IMG/VR virus record: IMGVR_UViG_2663762783_000006
Location: 25,743-89,742 of that record
DNA length: 64,000 nt
Strand: one strand, 5' to 3'
DNA from: a virus
Taxonomy: Duplodnaviria; Caudoviricetes
In this document: one piece after another, positions 58,672 to 64,000 of the stretch
Layout: each line of letters opens with the position of its first letter
How positions within the stretch are numbered: position 1 is the stretch's first letter
Notes under the pieces: model-generated
Database searches by the model: none
What the model saw: the letters and a program-made list of their open reading frames with translations, nothing else
What the model was told of the DNA's origin: nothing
Translations under genes and position numbers: made by a program

Positions 58672-58898
58672 TGACTAAGAAATTGACCGAACAGCAGCAG
58701 GCAGAAATCCACAAGGAAGGCTGGAACACGTTTCTCGCCGGAACTAGCTCTAATCCGTACCGGGAAGGCACTAAAGCGCACGAATTGTTCCGCGACGGCT
58801 GGACAGAGGCGAGCCGCGAGTTCTATAGGCAGAATGAAAAGCCCGTAATGGTCACGCGGGAATTCCGCCAGACATTAGGCAAACTTGTCGGAATGTGA
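58671..58898 (+). CDS. RMF/CrpP-like small protein
   Basis: EGW..F.AG...NPY.........F..GW..A. Confidence 0.55.
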   Translation: MTKKLTEQQQAEIHKEGWNTFLAGTSSNPYREGTKAHELFRDGWTEASREFYRQNEKPVMVTREFRQTLGKLVGM

Positions 58899-59048
58899 CC
58901 AGCCCGCACGGATCGAAACTTCCAGCTATGCCGCCCACCGAGGCGGCTTTTTTATTTGCGCAATTTTTTCACATTTAGCTTGCGCTTTATTCTGAATTGG
59001 CGGTATAGTTCAATCCATCGAAACGAACAACTCGCCAGAGGCAAGAGA

Positions 59049-59696
59049 ATGACCAAGCAAGACATGATTAAGTATGTAGCCAAGCGGGCAGAGGTTACTG
59101 AGGAAAAGGCAAAAGACTATCTGGAAGCCGAAGAATGGCGGGTTGATGAAGCCGTTTTCATTATCAAAGCTGAGCGCAAGGCAGGGATGCTGTAATGGCC
59201 CGCACTACTCCTGAGCAAACTCGAAACAAGCTGGGACTTGTTGCGGCAAAGAAGCTAGATGCGGCGGCGGAGGCGCTGAATGACTATCGAATGGCCTGCC
59301 TTGAGTGCAGCGATAATGCCGCACAGCATGACCGGCGCAAGTCAATGGTCGGAGAGCTTAAAGAGCTGGCAGCTTGGCTCGAAGGTTGCTCTAAAGCGTG
59401 ACAAGTCACTTGCGGGTCTCCAGCCAGGAGGCCCGCTACAACGGAATGAAGCCATGACCATTTATACGCTCATCAAAGCAATGGAAAACGAGGCGATAGA
59501 GGCTGATAGCAGCACCGCCACCCGCGAAGTCAACGGCGTGACCGTTACCCTGCACACGGACCTTCGCAAGAGACGCGCAGGCGGTAATTCAGCTAACGTC
59601 CCATTTGTTTGGGCTCGCCGCTGGAAGGTTGACGGAAAGCGCGTGAGGGAGAATGACGCCGCCCACATACTTAATAAATCGGCGGCCCTGAAATAA
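59049..59696 (+). CDS. Three small early proteins (59049..59195, 59195..59401, 59454..59696)
   Basis: Behind promoter 58980-59013, ending at terminator ~59716-59738. Confidence 0.55.
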
Positions 59697-59713
59697 GCCT
59701 TCGACACCAAAGA

Positions 59714-59740
59714 GAAAGCCGCCCAATAGGCGGCTTTGTC
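59714..59740. terminator. Bidirectional terminator
   Basis: AAAGCCGCCCAATAGGCGGCTTT between convergent operons. Confidence 0.7.
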
Positions 59741-59771
59741 GTTTCACACGTCCGGCTTTTCGTCTCGCATA

Positions 59772-60056
59772 TCAGCCCCTGATAGACTTGCTAAAAATCC
59801 TCTCGGCCTCCGACGCCAGGCGTTCAAGCTTGGCTTCAAGCGCTGCACGCTCCTGGCCGGTATAGGTGCCATTTCTAAGCTCGCGCCGTCCGTTGCGCCA
59901 TAGCAGGCAGTGCGCCCTGTAGGCCATGCGCTCCCACTGCTCTGCATTAACGTTGAGGTTAGCCAGGGCACGCACCAGGAGCACAACAGCCCCAAGCAAA
60001 ACAACAATGGCAATCAGCAGGCAAACGGTAGGCAGGCTCATAAGGGCGTCACTCAA
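59772..60056 (-). CDS. Small membrane protein
   Basis: N-terminal TM segment, end of the lysis operon. Confidence 0.5.
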   Translation of the reverse strand: MSDALMSLPTVCLLIAIVVLLGAVVLLVRALANLNVNAEQWERMAYRAHCLLWRNGRRELRNGTYTGQERAALEAKLERLASEAERIFSKSIRG

Positions 60057-60391
60057 GGCTTGTTAGGGGTCGTCTCGACGCAGCCCACGGTTAGCGCCTC
60101 AAGCGCGGTTCCGTAGGCTTTCGCGTTCTCATAATCGACCAACAGAATGCCTGCCTTTGCCTTGGCATCTTCTGGCGGGTTTCCCACGCCCCACAGATAT
60201 TTAGGCCGTGGCGGCAAGTCCTTCGCCTCGATGCACGCCTGGCGCACTGGCACCTTCTTTTCCACGACCTGAATTTGAGGTACGACTTCCGCCTCGGGCG
60301 TGACTGCGCAGGCAATCAACGCGCTGGAGGCCAGCATGCTGACCAGGGCGCGCCCAAGGCCCATACCGCAACCGACAATTCCAATTCTCAC
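60053..60391 (-). CDS. o-spanin-like lipoprotein
   Basis: Signal-like segment with LIAC lipobox, Pro-rich, follows the i-spanin-like gene. Confidence 0.65.
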   Translation of the reverse strand: MRIGIVGCGMGLGRALVSMLASSALIACAVTPEAEVVPQIQVVEKKVPVRQACIEAKDLPPRPKYLWGVGNPPEDAKAKAGILLVDYENAKAYGTALEALTVGCVETTPNKP

Positions 60392-60801
60392 TGAGCCTTC
60401 CTCCAGGCGTTGTACAGCAGGTCATTGACCGTTAGCGTCTGGTCGGCAAGGTCACGCTCAAGCGCCTTTATTCGCGCATCCCTGGCGCTGGTTTGCTTGG
60501 CGGCCTCGGCCATCGCGAGCGCTTGCAGCGACTTGGCAGATTCGGCCTGCTGCTCAGCTAGCGTCACGGCAAAGCTCTGGCTTTGAATCTCGGCCTTCAA
60601 GGTCTCGATCTGCGCGGCGCGCTGGCCATTAGCGTGCGTCATGGCCTGTAATTGGTCACTCAGCCCTTTCAAGGCAGACGCATGGTCGGCTTCGAATTTC
60701 CAGCTGGCGACCTTGTAGGTAACGGCTGAGGTCAGCGCCAGGACGATCAGAAACAGGGCGACTTTCACGCCGTTGGATACGTTACTGAGCATTGGCGGCA
60801 A
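60388..60801 (-). CDS. i-spanin-like protein
   Basis: N-terminal TM then coiled coil. Confidence 0.65.
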   Translation of the reverse strand: MPPMLSNVSNGVKVALFLIVLALTSAVTYKVASWKFEADHASALKGLSDQLQAMTHANGQRAAQIETLKAEIQSQSFAVTLAEQQAESAKSLQALAMAEAAKQTSARDARIKALERDLADQTLTVNDLLYNAWRKAQ

Positions 60802-61255
60802 TCTCGAATTCTAGCGGCGGGTACATGATCGATTCGTCACGGCCCACCCAGTTGGTCTGGTAGCGCACCAGGTTGTTGTATCGGTAGTGGCCAGGCTTGA
60901 AGGCGGGCGTCACGTAAAAGCCGTACATGGTTGTGTAGCATCCAGGCGTGTAGGCCCTGGCACCCGACGGCAGCGGGATCATGACGTTTTTGTCATTGAA
61001 GGCCGACGGGAAGAATTCAAGCGTCACTTCGGCCTTGCTGCACACCTCTCGCTTAATCGCGATGACGTCGCCCACATGGAAGACGGTTTGAGGCTCACCC
61101 TTTATGTTCATCGTGCCGACGTTGCGCACGGTAAACGGGTTGGAGCCCGCCACCAGGAGCACAACGACGACAAAAGCCATAGCAACGCCTGCGGCAAGCG
61201 CCATAAATGGCCAGAACACATAAGGCGGAACGAATTTGTTTATCATCTTGTTCAT
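60782..61255 (-). CDS. Membrane-anchored periplasmic beta-rich protein (lysis-associated)
   Basis: N-terminal TM, two Cys, PG.Y.Y motif. Confidence 0.5.
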   Translation of the reverse strand: MNKMINKFVPPYVFWPFMALAAGVAMAFVVVVLLVAGSNPFTVRNVGTMNIKGEPQTVFHVGDVIAIKREVCSKAEVTLEFFPSAFNDKNVMIPLPSGARAYTPGCYTTMYGFYVTPAFKPGHYRYNNLVRYQTNWVGRDESIMYPPLEFEIAANAQ

Positions 61256-61491
61256 GATGCGCCCTTAACGACCAACGCTACGAGCGCGGTCAATACGCTG
61301 GTAAGGATCAAGCCGGTTCCTCCGTAAACCAGGGACTTAATCGGGTATAGTTGTTCCTTCGTGACATAATCCTCTTCACGCTTTTCTATCTGCTCGACGC
61401 GCGCCACCGAGGCGCAGCCATCCAGCCGCTTTTCTATCTGCTCGACCTTTTGTTCGATCAAGGCAAGCTTTACCTCTGGCCCGCTAGTCAT
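61252..61491 (-). CDS. Small holin/antiholin-like protein
   Basis: Coiled coil plus a C-terminal TM. Confidence 0.5.
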   Translation of the reverse strand: MTSGPEVKLALIEQKVEQIEKRLDGCASVARVEQIEKREEDYVTKEQLYPIKSLVYGGTGLILTSVLTALVALVVKGAS

Positions 61492-62242
61492 GGGGCACAC
61501 CTCGAAAATACGGCTCGTACTTGAGCCTGCGCACGTCAAGAATATTTGTAACGTATTCGCGGTTTATGTCGTAAAAGGACTTTCCGTAGCCAGGCTGCGG
61601 CTTCCTAGATTTAAGGCTGTGCGCCGAAACGTGCCCCCTCCAGCGCGCCGGATCACAGCCTTTTGTGTTCGCGCATAAGCGGCGGTCTTGCAGAACGCCC
61701 CCTGTCCCGCCGTTGTAGGCAGACAGGGCAAACGAGAGTTGATCGACGGGAGTGGCCGCGCCTTTCTGGCGTTTGAACAGGCCCTTATCCATCTCGACTA
61801 TGGCAATCAGCTGGTAATGCGCGTCGTAGCGGTTCGCCCAGCTCCAGCCCTTAAGGCTTGGATATGCAGCGACCAACTCAGCCCACTTGTTAAAGCGAAC
61901 TGAGCCGTCCTTTTTGTAAGCAACAGTTGTCTGGCCAAGGCCAAAACCGTATTCACGACTGGTCTTAAGCTCGGCGCGCGGGTTCCAGCACTTGGAGTGC
62001 TTGAGCGTTATGCAGCTCTCCTGCTCGATCTGGCCTGCCAGGAACTCAGGCATAGGCGCATCAGGCCAGATTGCCTGCTGCTGCTCGACCAGGACCGGAA
62101 GCAGCGCCTTGGCCTGCGCGGGCACTTCGGCAGCATGGGCTACCCCAAGGACTACGCCCAGCGTCATGCCGACCAGTAAGGCGAATAGACCGCGCGCCAG
62201 GCGATCCAGCGCGCGCATGCTCATGCCTTGGCCCATAGACAC
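61484..62242 (-). CDS. Endolysin, lytic transglycosylase with an N-terminal signal/SAR segment
   Basis: GQIEQES, REYGFGLGQ, LSAYNGG.G, INREYV..I. Confidence 0.85.
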   Translation of the reverse strand: MSMGQGMSMRALDRLARGLFALLVGMTLGVVLGVAHAAEVPAQAKALLPVLVEQQQAIWPDAPMPEFLAGQIEQESCITLKHSKCWNPRAELKTSREYGFGLGQTTVAYKKDGSVRFNKWAELVAAYPSLKGWSWANRYDAHYQLIAIVEMDKGLFKRQKGAATPVDQLSFALSAYNGGTGGVLQDRRLCANTKGCDPARWRGHVSAHSLKSRKPQPGYGKSFYDINREYVTNILDVRRLKYEPYFRGVPHD

Positions 62243-62520
62243 AGCGCCATAAACACCATGCCCACAAACAGCACGAATGCAGCAGCCAGGATGCCTGCGG
62301 CAACGTTGTAGCCCTTAATCTCAGCCACCAGCCAAGGAATGCTGACCTTGGGGAACATGATGCGCGAGACAATGACCGCCAGGCCCGCCAGAATCGGCGC
62401 AACCAGTAACCACTGACCGACAGTCAAGGCCATAGGCGGATCAATAACCAGCAGGATGAGTGCGCACGGCAGCATTAGCAGCCAGGCACCTTTATCGAAT
62501 AGAGCTTTAATAAGGTCCAT
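62221..62520 (-). CDS. Holin
   Basis: 99 aa, three TM segments, first gene of the lysis cassette. Confidence 0.7.
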   Translation of the reverse strand: MDLIKALFDKGAWLLMLPCALILLVIDPPMALTVGQWLLVAPILAGLAVIVSRIMFPKVSIPWLVAEIKGYNVAAGILAAAFVLFVGMVFMALCLWAKA

Positions 62521-62598
62521 GACGGACTCCCATAGGGTAAGAATCCGTCACAGTTTGGAGCGGCTAAAAAAGGCGGTTGCGCGCCGCTTTCCCAAGCG

Positions 62599-62835
62599 CT
62601 AGCGAATACGGCGCAAAACGTTGGCAATGGTCTTGGACTGGTTGCCAATCGCCTCGATAACCGCGTTCAGCCGCTCGGCTATGCCTATCCAGATATCGGT
62701 CACGCCATCGCGCCCGCGCTTCCACTGCTCAAACGCATCACTCTTAAACATGAACTCGGCGTCACTGAGCGGTATCTCGTTTGCGCTGGTGTAGGTCTGC
62801 TCAAGGTGCTTTATCAGCTCCACGCGCAGGTTCAT
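62599..62835 (-). CDS. Hypothetical tail-assembly-associated protein
   Basis: Overlaps the end of 62801..63640. Confidence 0.45.
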   Translation of the reverse strand: MNLRVELIKHLEQTYTSANEIPLSDAEFMFKSDAFEQWKRGRDGVTDIWIGIAERLNAVIEAIGNQSKTIANVLRRIR

Positions 62836-63640
62836 CAAAGAGCGCAAGAAAGCGGGCCGTTCTCTCGCTGAGCAGGTCGGGTAACGGAAATCGGGCCGGT
62901 GGAGTACCGGCCACCTCCGAGATATAAACAATGCCTTCCTCGTTAAAGCCCATGTTCAGCAGGTGCTGCGCTTGGGCCGTGGCCGCCAGATAGCTGTCCA
63001 GCATGTCGGCAAAGTCGCTATCAGGAAACTGGCGCATGATCTGCACGCGGTCGAACAGCCAGTCGTCTAGCACGGCGTCGGAAAGGTTCTCCAGGCGCTC
63101 GCAGAACGTCATTCCCAGGTCAGGCGTGTGGTTGATGCCTGCGAACTCGATATCGTCGCTACGGCGCATCTGCGCAGCCAGGCACGCAATAATCCAGCCG
63201 ACGCGCCCGCCCTTGATTCGTCCAGTCACAACCAGGCGTTCGATACTCTCGGCCATAAAGCCTAGCAGCGGGTAGAGCGTCCACACGTCATCAGCAACCG
63301 GCCCGACAGTCACAGGCTCAGCTGTCTGGACGTCGAACTTCATGTACTGCGAGAAACGCGCGCCGCCATCCCCGATAGGGAAGTCACCCGTCCCCGACTG
63401 GTGTACCAGGTAATGCGCGATCACTGCGCCACGCTCTTGTACAGTCCACAAGCGCGGGTCATCGACCTGGCCAGCAGCCTGACGGTCGGAAGGCTTGCAG
63501 ATGACCTTGAGCAGCGCGGTCGTGTTGGCCTCGTGGTAGATAGGCGACTTGGCCACCAGGTCGATGGCGTCGCCGATAGGCAGCTCTCGAAGCTCGACGG
63601 TCAGGCGCGGCGTTCGAAACGGCGTGAATTGTATGGGCAT
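62801..63640 (-). CDS. Putative tail assembly/baseplate protein
   Basis: LREL.IG.A, DPR.WTVQER motif; behind a late-type promoter. Confidence 0.55.
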   Translation of the reverse strand: MPIQFTPFRTPRLTVELRELPIGDAIDLVAKSPIYHEANTTALLKVICKPSDRQAAGQVDDPRLWTVQERGAVIAHYLVHQSGTGDFPIGDGGARFSQYMKFDVQTAEPVTVGPVADDVWTLYPLLGFMAESIERLVVTGRIKGGRVGWIIACLAAQMRRSDDIEFAGINHTPDLGMTFCERLENLSDAVLDDWLFDRVQIMRQFPDSDFADMLDSYLAATAQAQHLLNMGFNEEGIVYISEVAGTPPARFPLPDLLSERTARFLALFDEPARGADKAP

Positions 63641-63715
63641 GAAAGGAATCTCCAGAATAGTGCCGCCATGCTAGGCCGCGCATCTGGCGCAGCCCTGGCA
63701 GGCTTTCCGGCTGCC

Positions 63716-63767
63716 TTACCGAAAGGCGCGAAAGGCCCCGTACTTTTAGTGCGGGGATGGATAGCGC
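63716..63767 (+). mobile_element. IS200/IS605 (IS608-like) left end
   Basis: TTAC at 63716-63719, AAAG at 63731, subterminal hairpin CCCCGTACT-TTT-AGTGCGGGG at 63736-63756. Confidence 0.7.
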
Positions 63768-63784
63768 GGGCAGCGAAGCGGCCC

Positions 63785-63808
63785 TATAATAGCTGTGTCC
63801 ATATCCAG
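63785..63808 (+). promoter_or_regulatory. TATAAT -10 element followed by a LexA (SOS) box
   Basis: TATAAT 63785-63790; CTGTGTCCATATCCAG 63793-63808 (CTG-N10-CAG). Confidence 0.65.
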
Positions 63809-63818
63809 TGATAGCGTA

Positions 63819-64000
63819 ATGCTACATACCAAAACCCTCAAAGTTCGTATTCGAGACAAGCACGCTCCTTTGCTTCGGCAGATGGCGCGAGGCGTTAATT
63901 TTGTCTGGAACTACCTAAACGAACTTAGTCAGCGCTCCATTCGTGAGCGCGGAGGGTTCTTGTCGGCGTATGACTTGCAGAAGTACACGAACGGATGCGC
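63819..64000 (+). CDS. tnpB: TnpB RNA-guided endonuclease (5' part, truncated by the window)
   Basis: My translation MLHTKTLKVRIRDKHAPLLRQMARGVNFVWNYLNELSQRSIRERGGFLSAYDLQKYT fits the TnpB N-terminus. Confidence 0.8.
   Translation, partial: MLHTKTLKVRIRDKHAPLLRQMARGVNFVWNYLNELSQRSIRERGGFLSAYDLQKYTNGC

Overview
A 64-kb segment of a large temperate myovirus-type phage, most likely a P1-like phage-plasmid of a high-GC gammaproteobacterium (Pseudomonas-like; host is inferred). It carries: tail fibre/baseplate/tape-measure/protease/portal genes (1-16.6 kb), a terminase large subunit with a mini-intein, a long leftward run of small accessory genes (ParB-like, ParA/ParG, ThyA, ASCH, DUF2786, terminase small subunit), a ~1.4-kb ORF-poor, highly structured RNA cluster (40.27-41.69 kb), a lambda-O/P-like replication module with an internal iteron origin, an ERF-SSB-RdgC operon, a tyrosine recombinase, promoter/terminator-bounded small early-gene cassettes, a lysis cassette, and the left end of an IS605/IS608-type tnpB element. 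Reading the non-coding DNA shows several dispersed motif systems: an exactly spaced late-type promoter (GGAAAG-N29-YANNNT, 10 copies), a 13-bp palindrome (GCAAGTSACTTGC, 7 perfect + 6 near-perfect copies, many inside genes), two different 17-bp operators, and TGCTAGCA centromere-like sites. The best candidate for an undescribed system is the modular small-RNA array. Protein calls come from recognising motifs by eye; no database searches were run.
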